From Acidimicrobiales bacterium (GTDB lineage Bacteria > Actinomycetota > Acidimicrobiia > Acidimicrobiales > Aldehydirespiratoraceae), in the NCBI GenBank assembly GCA_029263215.1, contig JAJCXY010000126.1, forward strand, positions 15,114-79,113: DNA of 64,000 bases, written 5' to 3'. Position 1 is the stretch's first letter. Each line of letters starts with the position of its first letter. The notes beneath the pieces were generated by a model, which searched no databases, was not told the origin of the DNA, and saw nothing but the letters and a program-made list of their open reading frames with translations. Shown in pieces: positions 30,856 through 40,167 of this stretch. The translations under genes were made by a program, and so were the position numbers.

Positions 30856-31201
30856 ACACCTCGCGGGTGTAGCGGACGACGGCCGTTATCTCGTCGTCGC
30901 TCAGCCTCACGCCGAAGGCAGGCATACCGCGGCTGCCGTTGGTGACCACCTCGATCTGATCTTCCACCACGGGATAGCTCACCGTGGCCTCCCCATTGCT
31001 CAACTTGGGGCCGGTACCCCCATCGCCGTCGGCACCGTGACAGCTGGCGCACCGCGAGCCGTAGACACTGCGCCCGAGGACCAGGACCTCATCGGCCTGC
31101 CCATCGGCACCGAGCGGCACCTCGGGCGGATCGCCCGCGCACGCGCTGACGGCGAGCCCGAGGGCGAGAAGAACAGCTGGAAAAATCCGGTTTGGCAACA
31201 C
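30842..31201 (-). CDS. Lipoprotein c-type cytochrome (monoheme)
   Basis: Lipobox AVSAC, CASCH heme motif, GMPAF distal Met. Confidence 0.88.
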   Translation of the reverse strand: MLPNRIFPAVLLALGLAVSACAGDPPEVPLGADGQADEVLVLGRSVYGSRCASCHGADGDGGTGPKLSNGEATVSYPVVEDQIEVVTNGSRGMPAFGVRLSDDEITAVVRYTREVLSQP

Positions 31202-31250
31202 AGTTGGTTCCGACGGTGGCGGATGGTTTCGCAGAGACGATACTGACACC

Positions 31251-31361
31251 ATGGGCATGGACCCCACCCGCCCCCACCGGCGCCGACCATCCGACATCGT
31301 TTATGTGGTCTCCGCCTGCCTCGTGATGCTGCTGCTGCTTCTGTGGGCTCTACTCGCGTGA
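31251..31361 (+). CDS. Putative 36-aa single-TM small protein
   Basis: Manual translation: MGMDPTRPHRRRPSDIVYVVSACLVMLLLLLWALLA*. GATACT lies 6 nt before the ATG; the stop is 4 nt before the next gene. Confidence 0.6.
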   Translation: MGMDPTRPHRRRPSDIVYVVSACLVMLLLLLWALLA

Positions 31362-31365
31362 GGCG

Positions 31366-31578
31366 ATGATGGACGACCCCGAAGCCTTTGGCGACGTCGA
31401 TGTGAGGTTCCTCCAGCCTTACCAGGTGACCAAGACCTACCTCTGTCCCAACTGCAACCGGGAGATTCTTCCCGGAACCGGGCACTACGCAGTGGTACCG
31501 GTTGATGCTCCCGATCTGCGGCGCCACTGGCACCGTGGATGCTGGGACGGCCGCAAGACCCGCGGTGCCCGCCGCTAG
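31366..31578 (+). CDS. Small putative zinc-binding protein (actinobacterial CxxC...RRHWH..CW family)
   Basis: YLCPNC...RRHWHRGCW. Confidence 0.8.
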   Translation: MMDDPEAFGDVDVRFLQPYQVTKTYLCPNCNREILPGTGHYAVVPVDAPDLRRHWHRGCWDGRKTRGARR

Positions 31579-31916
31579 AAGGCGCCCTCGATCACCTCGA
31601 TGGTCGGCCCGGTGACAGTGGCGACGTCGAACCTGAGGCGACCGCGCCGATCGTTGACATCGAGCCAGGTCATGGCGGTGCGCCGGAGGAACCGCTGCTT
31701 GCGTGCATCGATCGACTCGACCCCATGGCCGAACCGATTCGACGTTCGGGTCTTCACCTCACAGAACACGATCTCATCAGCCCGACTCAGCACAAGATCG
31801 AGTTCTCCGCCTCGGACCTGCCAGTTCTGGTCGAGCACCAGGTAACCGGCCGCCTCATAGTGACGCGCCACGCGCCTCTCGCCCCATCGGCCCAGTGCCA
31901 CTCGTGATCGGTCCAT
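31575..31916 (-). CDS. yraN: YraN family nuclease (UPF0102)
   Basis: LGRWGE, GELDLV, FCEVKTR, RFDV. Confidence 0.93.
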   Translation of the reverse strand: MDRSRVALGRWGERRVARHYEAAGYLVLDQNWQVRGGELDLVLSRADEIVFCEVKTRTSNRFGHGVESIDARKQRFLRRTAMTWLDVNDRRGRLRFDVATVTGPTIEVIEGAF

Positions 31917-31922
31917 GAGCCG

Positions 31923-31944
31923 AACCTACGGACCGGGTATGACA
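31923..31944 (-). promoter_or_regulatory. PafBC/RecA-NDp-type promoter, leaderless yraN
   Basis: Minus strand TGTCAT-acccggtccg-TAGGTT, then 6 nt, then ATG. Confidence 0.75.
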
Positions 31945-32000
31945 CTCCGAGCACAATGCGGGGGCTGACCCCGCGATCTCATCTGCGCGACACTGGGCCA

Positions 32001-32972
32001 ATGGAAATCAACTTCGGTGTGTTCATTCCCCAAGGCTGGAAGATGGAGCTCGCTTCGATCGACGACCCGGTCGACAAGTGGGCAAAGGCGGTCGAGATCG
32101 CAAAGTACGCCGAAGATTCGGGCCTCGACTCACTGTGGGTCTACGACCACTTCCACAACGTGCCCCGGCCCGCCCACGAAACCATGTTCGAGTGCTGGAC
32201 CACCCTCGCCGCGATCAGTCAGATCACCAGCCGCATCAAGCTCGGCCAGATGGTGACCTGCACTCCATACCGCGACCCGAGCCTCACCGCGAAGATCACC
32301 TCCAACATCGATGTGATCTCGGGTGGCCGCCTCATCTGGGGCGTTGGTGCCGGCTGGTACGAACACGAGTTCAAAGGCTACGGCTACGAGTTCCCCCGGC
32401 CGGCGGCGCGCATCAAGATGATGGAGGAGGCGGTGGAGATCGTCACCGCAATGTGGTCACAAGACGACGTCTCCTATGAAGGCACCCACTACACGATGGA
32501 CGGCGCCCAGTGCGACCCCAAGCCGATCCAGAAGCCCCGGCCCCAGGTGCTGATCGGTGGTGGAGGCGAGCAGCTCACCCTGAGAGTGGTGTCCCGCCTC
32601 GCCGACGCGTCGAATTTCGGCGGAACACCCGATGAATTCGCCCACAAGTGTGAGGTCCTCAAGGGTCACTGCGCCGCTGTGGGGCGCGACTACGACGAGA
32701 TCCAAAAGACGATCTCAGGTGAGATCTTCATCCGAGAGGACGAGGCCGACATCGAAGAGGCCGGGAGCCTTTCCCTGATCGGCCTGCCGATGGACGAGTG
32801 GCGCAAGGGGGCCTATGTGGGCACGCCCGAACAGGTGGCCGAAGCAATGCAGTCCCGGATCGATCTGGGTGCCAGCGCGTTCTATCCGTGGTGTTCTGAC
32901 TACCCCGACATGGAAACGGTGCGCCTGCTCGCCGAAGTGGTGATGCCTGAGGTGCGCAGGGCCAATGCCTGA
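32001..32972 (+). CDS. LLM class (probably F420-dependent) oxidoreductase
   Basis: SLWVYDHFH, ECWTTLAAI, LGQMVTC, IGGGGE. Confidence 0.9.
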   Translation: MEINFGVFIPQGWKMELASIDDPVDKWAKAVEIAKYAEDSGLDSLWVYDHFHNVPRPAHETMFECWTTLAAISQITSRIKLGQMVTCTPYRDPSLTAKITSNIDVISGGRLIWGVGAGWYEHEFKGYGYEFPRPAARIKMMEEAVEIVTAMWSQDDVSYEGTHYTMDGAQCDPKPIQKPRPQVLIGGGGEQLTLRVVSRLADASNFGGTPDEFAHKCEVLKGHCAAVGRDYDEIQKTISGEIFIREDEADIEEAGSLSLIGLPMDEWRKGAYVGTPEQVAEAMQSRIDLGASAFYPWCSDYPDMETVRLLAEVVMPEVRRANA

Positions 32973-32983
32973 GCGCCGGAGGG

Positions 32984-33331
32984 TCAGGTGAAGCGCTTTT
33001 CCTTGACCTTGGCGGCCTTGCCAATGCGATCGCGCAGGTAATAGAGCTTCGCCCGACGCACATCGCCCTTCGCTCCGACCTCGATCGTCTCGATGATCGG
33101 GGTGTGCAGGGGGAAGGTGCGTTCGACGCCGACACCGAAGCTCAGCTTGCGGACCGTGAAGGTCTCACGGATCCCTGCGCCCTGGCGGCGGATGACGACA
33201 CCTTCGAACACCTGGGTGCGGTGGCGGTTGCCCTCGATGACCTTGACATGCACCTTGAGGGCGTCGCCCGGCGCGAAATCGGGAATGTCGTCACGCAGGC
33301 TGAGATTGTCGACGAGATCGGTGGGCTGCAT
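32984..33331 (-). CDS. rplS: 50S ribosomal protein L19
   Basis: [26 protein letters not shown]. Confidence 0.98.
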   Translation of the reverse strand: MQPTDLVDNLSLRDDIPDFAPGDALKVHVKVIEGNRHRTQVFEGVVIRRQGAGIRETFTVRKLSFGVGVERTFPLHTPIIETIEVGAKGDVRRAKLYYLRDRIGKAAKVKEKRFT

Positions 33332-33471
33332 TGCTGCGCTCCGTGCGAATCGGGAGGTGAAACTCGGTGGATGTGGGCGCGGTCTGAGGACCGGGGCCGA
33401 CGATCGAGTCTAGGGCGCGTCGCCGCCGACACCACCCCTTGAGGGGCTCACTTCTCCTCGGGTCGGGGGCT

Positions 33472-34224
33472 TCAGCTCGAGCCGAGACCGAACTCGTCGA
33501 TCAAGGAGCTTTCCTCATCGCTGATGCCGCCGCGCTCCTCGATGAGATCGGGCCGCAGAACGAGGGTGCGGTGAAGTGCCTGGGCCCGCCGCCAGCGATC
33601 GACCTTGCCGTGATCACCGGACCTCAACACCTCGGGAACCTCCCAGCCCCGGAAATCGGCGGGTCGGGTGTAGTGGGGGTATTCGAGCAGTCCATGGGAG
33701 AAGGATTCATCGTCGGTGGACGCGGTGTTGCCCAGGACCCCAGGAACGAGTCGACCCACGGCCTCGAGAACCAGCAGGGCCGCAACCTCTCCGCCGGCCA
33801 GCACCACGTCGCCCACCGAGATCTCACCATCGACGAGGTGCTCACGCACCCTTTCATCGACACCTTCGTAGCGGCCGCACAGCAAGGAGAATCCGCCAGA
33901 CCCGGCCAGCTCGTCGGCCATCTCCTGATCGAAGCGACGCCCGGCCGGAGACAGGTAGTAGAGAGGCCGGGGCGGATCGACGGCCTCAACCGCGCCGAAC
34001 AGGGGCTCGGGCATCATCACCATTCCCGCGCCGCCACCGAAGGGGGCGTCATCGACGGTGTGGTGCACATCGGTGGTGGTGGCTCTGAGATCGTGGACCC
34101 TTACGTCGAGATGTCCCTCGCGTCGACCCCGCCCGATAACCGATTGGCCGGCCATCTGATCGACCATCTCCGCGAAGATCGTGAAGATGTCGACGCGTAG
34201 GGCCGGGCTGGCGTCCACCCTCAT
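33472..34224 (-). CDS. trmD: tRNA (guanine-N1)-methyltransferase
   Basis: VDDAPFGGGAGMVM, CGRYEGVDER, LEYPHYTRP. Confidence 0.97.
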   Translation of the reverse strand: MRVDASPALRVDIFTIFAEMVDQMAGQSVIGRGRREGHLDVRVHDLRATTTDVHHTVDDAPFGGGAGMVMMPEPLFGAVEAVDPPRPLYYLSPAGRRFDQEMADELAGSGGFSLLCGRYEGVDERVREHLVDGEISVGDVVLAGGEVAALLVLEAVGRLVPGVLGNTASTDDESFSHGLLEYPHYTRPADFRGWEVPEVLRSGDHGKVDRWRRAQALHRTLVLRPDLIEERGGISDEESSLIDEFGLGSS

Positions 34225-34691
34225 ACCTCGTCGAGGTCGAATAGTCCGTCGGGAACCTCGACTCGGATGATCTCGGTGGCGACATGCTCCACGATGAAGC
34301 GGACGGGTACCAGAGCACCGGAGTCGAGTTCGAGGAGATCCGATGCCGGATTCTCGAGCAACCGGACGACGCGACCTCGCGTGACACCATCCTGATCGAC
34401 GACATCAGCGCCAATGAGGTCGTGCACCCAGAGCTCGTCGGGGTCGTCGATCGGCTCGGCAGAAACGACGGTGTTTCGGAGTTTCTCGGCGCTTTCACGA
34501 TCGTTCACACCCGCGAATCGGACGATGAAGCCGTTCTTGTGGGGGCGCGACGCCTGGACCTCGAGGGCCAGCCCCGAGGGCGTGGTGAGCACAGCACCCG
34601 GCGCGACGCGTTCGTGCCGGTTGGAGGTGAGAACCACATTCACCTCACCACGCACCCCGTGGGGGCGAGTGAGCCTGCCGACTTCGAGCAT
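34221..34691 (-). CDS. rimM: Ribosome maturation factor RimM
   Basis: VGRLTRPHGVRGEV; conserved gene context. Confidence 0.95.
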   Translation of the reverse strand: MLEVGRLTRPHGVRGEVNVVLTSNRHERVAPGAVLTTPSGLALEVQASRPHKNGFIVRFAGVNDRESAEKLRNTVVSAEPIDDPDELWVHDLIGADVVDQDGVTRGRVVRLLENPASDLLELDSGALVPVRFIVEHVATEIIRVEVPDGLFDLDEV

Positions 34692-34717
34692 CGACGGAGT
34701 CGACCGACGGCTTACCG

Positions 34718-34966
34718 TCAGTCGACGAACTCGACCTCGATGGAGCCGATCTCGTCGTCGACACCGGCGGCGCGCACGACGGTGCGGATCGCTCCGGCGA
34801 CACGCCCACGCTTGCCGATCACGCGACCCATGTCGCCGTCGCCGACGGTGACATCGAGTCGGATACCGCCATCGGTGTCGCTCTGGGCGACCGCGACCGC
34901 ATCGGGATCGTCGACGATCTGGCGGACCACGTACTCACATACGGATGCGGCAGCAGCAGCGCTCAT
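34718..34966 (-). CDS. khpA: KH-domain RNA-binding protein KhpA
   Basis: [17 protein letters not shown]; follows rpsP. Confidence 0.92.
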   Translation of the reverse strand: MSAAAAASVCEYVVRQIVDDPDAVAVAQSDTDGGIRLDVTVGDGDMGRVIGKRGRVAGAIRTVVRAAGVDDEIGSIEVEFVD

Positions 34967-35349
34967 TCTGAGTCCTCGGTGTTGGTGGAATCGTCATCGT
35001 CGGAGGCGGCAGCGTCGGCGGCCTCGCGTTCCTTCTCGAGCTGCTTGGCCGACTTCTTGGTGGCCCGCTCGGGAACGGTAGTCTCGACGGTTTCGCCGGT
35101 GTGTTCGGTCCACGCACCCGAGATCTTCAACAACTTCTCGACCCGTTCGGTGGGCTGGGCGCCGTGCTGGAGCCAATGAACGGCCCGCTCGTTGTCGATC
35201 TTGATGACGGATGGATCCTGGCGTGGTTCGTAGGTGCCGATGATCTCGATGAAACGTCCATTGCGGGGCGAACGCGAGTCGGCGGCGACTACACGGTAGG
35301 TGGGCTGCTTCTTCTTGCCCATCCGCATGAGGCGGAGTTTGACGGCCAT
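34963..35349 (-). CDS. rpsP: 30S ribosomal protein S16
   Basis: [26 protein letters not shown]. Confidence 0.98.
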   Translation of the reverse strand: MAVKLRLMRMGKKKQPTYRVVAADSRSPRNGRFIEIIGTYEPRQDPSVIKIDNERAVHWLQHGAQPTERVEKLLKISGAWTEHTGETVETTVPERATKKSAKQLEKEREAADAAASDDDDSTNTEDSE

Positions 35350-35418
35350 TGGTGCTCTGTTTCTCTCTGAAGGCGATCTTGACGAGTAGGTGCGCGGCGA
35401 ATGGGGCCGGGCAACCGG

Positions 35419-36864
35419 TTAATTCAATCCGGGGAAGTCCCCTGTTTCCAACCCCGGAAGCGACAATGGCGACTTAGGTACCTTGGCCGGACCCTTCTCG
35501 GTGACCCTTCCGCCCTTGTGGCGGCCCCCCTTTTTGCCCTTCCTGCCCTTGTTTCGGTTCTTCGGATTCATCTTCTTGGTGCCGAACCCGGCGAACTGCT
35601 TCATCATCTTGCGCATCTGGGAGAATTGGTCGAGGAGTTGCTTCACGTCGCTCGACGACTGGCCACAGCCCGCGGCGATGCGTTGGCGACGAGACCCGTC
35701 GATGATCTCGGGATTGACGCGCTCGTCGGGGGTCATCGAGCGGATGATTCCTTCGATGCGGTCGACCTGCTTGTCGTCGATCTCGACGTCGCGGGCCTCC
35801 TTCGGGATTCCCGGCATCATGCCCATCAGGCTTCCGATGGATCCCATCTTCTTGATCTGTTGCATCTGCTCGAGGAAGTCCTCGAGGGTGAAGGTGCCTT
35901 CGAGGAGGCGTGCCGCGGTCTCCTCGGCTTCTTCCTTTTCGAAGGCCTCCTCGGCTTTTTCGATGAGGGTTTCGACATCGCCCATGCCGAGGATGCGGCT
36001 GGCGAGTCGGTCGGGATGGAAGGTTTCGAACTCGTCGAGCTTCTCGCCGGTGGACGCGAACGCGATCGGCTTGCCGACGACCTCCTTGACCGAAAGGGCG
36101 GCACCGCCTCGGGCATCGCCGTCGAGCTTGGTGAGGATGACACCGTCGAGTTCGAGGGTTTCGTTGAACGCGTGAGCGGTGGTGACCGCGTCTTGGCCGG
36201 TCATCGCGTCGATCACCAGGAAGGTGTAGTGGGGTTCGACCGCATCGGAGATGTGGCGCACCTCGGCCATCATCGCCTCGTCGATGGCGAGTCGACCGGC
36301 GGTGTCGACGATCACGACATCACGTCCCGTGCGGTTGGCCTCCGCTATGGCGGCTCCCGCCACTGCGACGGGGCCGATGGGCTCGGAATACACCGGAACG
36401 CCCACCTGGGCGCCGAGGGTGCGGAGCTGCTCGACCGCGGCCGGCCGTTGGAGATCGGCTCCCACCAGCAGGGGGTTGCGGCCCTGCTTTTTGAACCACT
36501 GGGCGAGTTTGCCCGCGTTGGTGGTTTTGCCTGCGCCCTGCAGGCCGGCCATGAGTACCACGGTGGGCGGCTTGCCCGCGTAGTTGATCTTCATCGACTC
36601 GCCACCGAGGCTGGTGGTGAGCTCGCCGAGCACGATCTTTGTCACCTGCTGGGCAGGATTGAGTGCTCCGGAAAGCTCCTCGCCCTCGGCCCGGACCCGG
36701 ATGCGACCGACCATCGTCTTGACGACATCGAGGTTGACGTCGGCCTCCAGCAGGGCGAGTCGGATCTCGCGGAGGGTCTCGTCGATGTCTTCCTGGCTCA
36801 GCTTGCCGCGGCCGCGGATCCGGCTGAATATGCCGTCGAATCGGTCTGAGAGGTTCTCGAACAT
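35419..36864 (-). CDS. ffh: Signal recognition particle protein
   Basis: GLQGAGKTT, DTAGR, TKLDGDARGG, RILGMGD; Met-rich M domain. Confidence 0.98.
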   Translation of the reverse strand: MFENLSDRFDGIFSRIRGRGKLSQEDIDETLREIRLALLEADVNLDVVKTMVGRIRVRAEGEELSGALNPAQQVTKIVLGELTTSLGGESMKINYAGKPPTVVLMAGLQGAGKTTNAGKLAQWFKKQGRNPLLVGADLQRPAAVEQLRTLGAQVGVPVYSEPIGPVAVAGAAIAEANRTGRDVVIVDTAGRLAIDEAMMAEVRHISDAVEPHYTFLVIDAMTGQDAVTTAHAFNETLELDGVILTKLDGDARGGAALSVKEVVGKPIAFASTGEKLDEFETFHPDRLASRILGMGDVETLIEKAEEAFEKEEAEETAARLLEGTFTLEDFLEQMQQIKKMGSIGSLMGMMPGIPKEARDVEIDDKQVDRIEGIIRSMTPDERVNPEIIDGSRRQRIAAGCGQSSSDVKQLLDQFSQMRKMMKQFAGFGTKKMNPKNRNKGRKGKKGGRHKGGRVTEKGPAKVPKSPLSLPGLETGDFPGLN

Positions 36865-36943
36865 GATCGGGTCAGGCTAGCGGCGCCATGTGTCGCCCCG
36901 AACCGCTCTCTCACCAGCCGGTGCGGCCGTTAGCGTCGCAGCC

Positions 36944-37393
36944 ATGAACTTCTCGGTCCGCCAGTGGACGATCATCTCGGTGCTCGCGGCGGTCTTCGTC
37001 GTGGCCGCTCTACTCGTCTCACGCGGCAACGAAACCCCAGTGACCGACGCCGTGGCCGAGTTCGATCAGGTTGCCTGGTGTCAAGCCACGAACGCGATCG
37101 GCGCATGGGGCGCGATCCTCGACGGTTCGGCTGCGGGCGATGATCCCGGCGACATCACGAACTTGCGGCGAGCCCTCGCCGACGCCCGAGCCGTGGCTCC
37201 CCTCGACCTGAGCATCGACATCGCTCGCCTGATGGATCTCAGCCTCCTGGTCGACAGCGCCCTGGCCGACGGACTCGACCTCGAGGCGGCGCTGGCCAAG
37301 GCCCAGGACCAGACCGACACCGATCGCGTAGCCACCGCCACGAGGAGGGTGAGCGACGCCCTGTTGGCGTGTGGCCACGCTCCTTTGGGCTGA
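36944..37393 (+). CDS. Hypothetical membrane-anchored protein with two Cys
   Basis: N-terminal TM helix; WC...AC pair; TAGCGT -10 lies 7 nt before the ATG. Confidence 0.7.
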   Translation: MNFSVRQWTIISVLAAVFVVAALLVSRGNETPVTDAVAEFDQVAWCQATNAIGAWGAILDGSAAGDDPGDITNLRRALADARAVAPLDLSIDIARLMDLSLLVDSALADGLDLEAALAKAQDQTDTDRVATATRRVSDALLACGHAPLG

Positions 37394-37415
37394 GCCAGCG
37401 ACCCGAAACGGTCGG

Positions 37416-38504
37416 CTACTCGAAAAGGGCGTCGACGAACTCGTTCTCGTCGAACTCCACCAGATCGTTGATTCCTTCGCCGAGTCCGACGAGCTTCACC
37501 GGTAGCCCCAGCTCGGAGTGGATGGCCACCACGATGCCGCCCTTGGCGGAGCCGTCGAGCTTGGTGAGCACCACCCCGGTGACATCCACCGCCTCGGCGA
37601 ACTGCTTGGCCTGGCTCATGCCGTTCTGTCCGGTGGTGGCATCGATCACCAGCAGGGTTTCGGTGACGGTTCCCGACCCCTTCTCGGCCACCCTGCGCAC
37701 CTTCCGCAGCTCCTCCATGAGGTTGGTCTTGGTCTGGAGGCGACCTGCGGTGTCGGCCATCACCAGGTCGGCGTTGCGGGCGTGGGCCCGTTCGACGGCG
37801 TCGAACACGACCGACGATGGATCGGCGCCCTCGGCCCCGCGCACGATGTCGACCTCACTGCGCTCGGCCCACATGGTGAGCTGTTCGGCCGCCGCGGCAC
37901 GGAAGGTGTCGCCAGCGGCGAGCACCAGGGTGCGGCCATCGGCGGATTCCCGCGAAGCGAGCTTGCCGATGGTGGTGGTCTTGCCTACGCCGTTGACCCC
38001 CACGAAGAGCCACACCGCGGGACCGGGCTCTCCGCCCGCGGCCTCGACATCGGCCGACAGGGAGCGATCGAATCCGCTGAGGCGATCGACCAGTTGACCC
38101 TTCACGATGTCGATCAGCTCCGCGGAATCTTCGGTGCCGGCTTCGACTGCGGCGGCCTTCACCGCTTCCATGATCTCGTTGGAGGTGGACACGCCGACAT
38201 CCGCGCGGATCAACGCCTCCTCGAGCTCTTCCCAGGTCTCGGCTCGAATCCCGCCGGAGAACACACCTCCGAGAAATCCCGACAGCGACGATCGGGCGGT
38301 GGAGAGGCGCTCACGAAAGGTGGGCTTCGGTGCGTCTTCGACCGGGGCCGCCACAGGATCCGGTTGGGCCTCGCCCAAATCGACCGGATCGGTGGGATCT
38401 ATCACCAGACCCGAATCGGCGCGTGACCGGTCGCGGCGGAGAATGACGAACGATGCCCCGATGATTACCAGGGCAGCGATGGCGATGATTATGGCGAAGA
38501 ACAT
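37416..38504 (-). CDS. ftsY: SRP receptor FtsY with N-terminal TM anchor
   Basis: GVNGVGKTTTIGKLA, DTFRAAA, DTAGRL, TKLDGSAKGG. Confidence 0.97.
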   Translation of the reverse strand: MFFAIIIAIAALVIIGASFVILRRDRSRADSGLVIDPTDPVDLGEAQPDPVAAPVEDAPKPTFRERLSTARSSLSGFLGGVFSGGIRAETWEELEEALIRADVGVSTSNEIMEAVKAAAVEAGTEDSAELIDIVKGQLVDRLSGFDRSLSADVEAAGGEPGPAVWLFVGVNGVGKTTTIGKLASRESADGRTLVLAAGDTFRAAAAEQLTMWAERSEVDIVRGAEGADPSSVVFDAVERAHARNADLVMADTAGRLQTKTNLMEELRKVRRVAEKGSGTVTETLLVIDATTGQNGMSQAKQFAEAVDVTGVVLTKLDGSAKGGIVVAIHSELGLPVKLVGLGEGINDLVEFDENEFVDALFE

Positions 38505-38568
38505 GGGAGCCGCATCCTACCGGGGCAAGGCCGGGCCCTCGGCGGCCTCGGCACCGAGGCGGGCTCGT

Positions 38569-40059
38569 CTAGTTGCTTCCGACCACGATCTGCATGACCA
38601 CCCGCTCACCGTCGCGTACAACCTCGACCTCGACTGCCTCTCCGGGACGGAAGAACTTGAAGTCGGCGGCGAGCTCGTCCATGGTGGCCACGATCCCGCT
38701 GTTGACCGAGATGATCAGGTCGCCCACGAGGATCCCACCGACATCGGCGGGTGATTCGTCGACCACTTCGGTGACGATGGCTCCGAGGGTGCCATCGGTG
38801 AGGGTGTCGCCACCGATCCCGAGGAAGCCGAGCTCGAGCGACTCGCCGTTGACGATTCGTTCGGCGATGAGAACGATGGTGTCGGAAGGCACTGCGAAGC
38901 CAACGCCGGCGTTGTCGCTCGACACTCCGTCGGTGCGAATCGAAGTGTTCATGCCGATCACCCGACCCTGACGATCGGCGAGGGCGCCACCAGAGTTGCC
39001 GGGGTTGATCGGGGCGTCGGTCTGCAGCATCGCCACCGGCACCGGATTGGCGGGATCGGATCCGCCGAAGCGGTTGATCCGGTTGACGGCGCTGACGATT
39101 CCGGCGGTGACCGACTGGTCGAGCCCGAAGGGGCTGCCGATGGCAACCGCGAGCTGGCCCACCTCGACCGTCTCGCTCGGAGCGAAGACGGCGGCGTCGA
39201 GGCCGAGGCCCTCAGGATCGACCTGGATCACGGCGATGTCTCGGGCTGAGTCGCCTCCCACCACCGTGCCGGTGGTCTCGATCCCGTTGTGGAGACGGAC
39301 AGCGACCGTGGAGGCGTCGCCCACGACATGGTTGTTGGTGACGATGTAGCCGTTGGCTGCGTCCCAGACGATGCCCGAACCCTGACCGATGCTGGTGTTG
39401 ATCAACACCACCGAAGGGGCAACCGCATCGGCCACAGCAGAGGCCGGCTCATCTGCATCGACCCCCGAAAGAGGGCCGGGCTGGACCGCGATCGAGCCCG
39501 CAGAGGTGGCGCCGGCATCCGGCTCGGCGATAGCGGGGCGCGACGTGCCGGCCGGAGAGGCCGAGTCGGTCGCGGCGGGTGGGTCTTCGTCGTCGACAAT
39601 CTGGCCGAGAGCGAAGCCGCCCCCGACCAGCGCGGCGCTGAACGCCATACCGCCGAGGGCACCTGCCGCCACCCGCCAGCGATCCCGGCGCTTGCCGAGA
39701 GGCTGGGGCTCTGCCAGAAACACTGGGGGTGACGTCGTGGGGGGCCCGGCCGGAGCGGTGGAGGGAGCCGCAATTGGAGTGAATCCGGCCGGACTCGGAG
39801 GAGCGTTCGACACGGGAGGGCGGTCCCATGGAACGGTGGGAGGAGTTTCTGCCGCCCGGGGCGGAGGGGGCGGGGGCGGCAGAAGGGTTGGGCCCGCCGA
39901 AGGGTCGGTCACATCATCCGGTGGGGGAACCGGGTCCGGCAGTGCTGGGGGAGAGTCAAAGCCGGTGCTATCTGGTGTGACGGACCACTCGTCGGCGGGC
40001 CGGTCCGACAACGGGGGGGAGTCGTCGTCGGACGAATTGTCGATCGGGTATCGATCCAT
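38569..40059 (-). CDS. HtrA/PepD-like trypsin serine protease with PDZ domain
   Basis: Pro-rich N-terminus, TM helix, TNNHVV, DIAV, QTDAPINPGNSGG. TACTGT -10 lies 6 nt before the ATG. Confidence 0.93.
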   Translation of the reverse strand: MDRYPIDNSSDDDSPPLSDRPADEWSVTPDSTGFDSPPALPDPVPPPDDVTDPSAGPTLLPPPPPPPRAAETPPTVPWDRPPVSNAPPSPAGFTPIAAPSTAPAGPPTTSPPVFLAEPQPLGKRRDRWRVAAGALGGMAFSAALVGGGFALGQIVDDEDPPAATDSASPAGTSRPAIAEPDAGATSAGSIAVQPGPLSGVDADEPASAVADAVAPSVVLINTSIGQGSGIVWDAANGYIVTNNHVVGDASTVAVRLHNGIETTGTVVGGDSARDIAVIQVDPEGLGLDAAVFAPSETVEVGQLAVAIGSPFGLDQSVTAGIVSAVNRINRFGGSDPANPVPVAMLQTDAPINPGNSGGALADRQGRVIGMNTSIRTDGVSSDNAGVGFAVPSDTIVLIAERIVNGESLELGFLGIGGDTLTDGTLGAIVTEVVDESPADVGGILVGDLIISVNSGIVATMDELAADFKFFRPGEAVEVEVVRDGERVVMQIVVGSN

Positions 40060-40101
40060 GTTCAGACAGTAGAAGGAGTAGGCGAAAGGAATGGTAAGGA
40101 C

Positions 40102-40134
40102 GAAAGAAAATCGGCTGAAAGAAGAACCAGCCGA
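40102..40134 (-). terminator. Intrinsic terminator after the sensor kinase
   Basis: Minus strand TCGGCTG-N10-CAGCCGA followed by TTTTCTTTC. Confidence 0.6.
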
Positions 40135-40167
40135 GATCGGCCTCTATTCCTTCGGCAGAAATGCCCG

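Noticed and set aside
33405-33435. TGTCGG...TAGACT upstream of rplS as a PafBC-type promoter
   Set aside because: The spacer is 13 nt rather than 10, and the target is a ribosomal gene.
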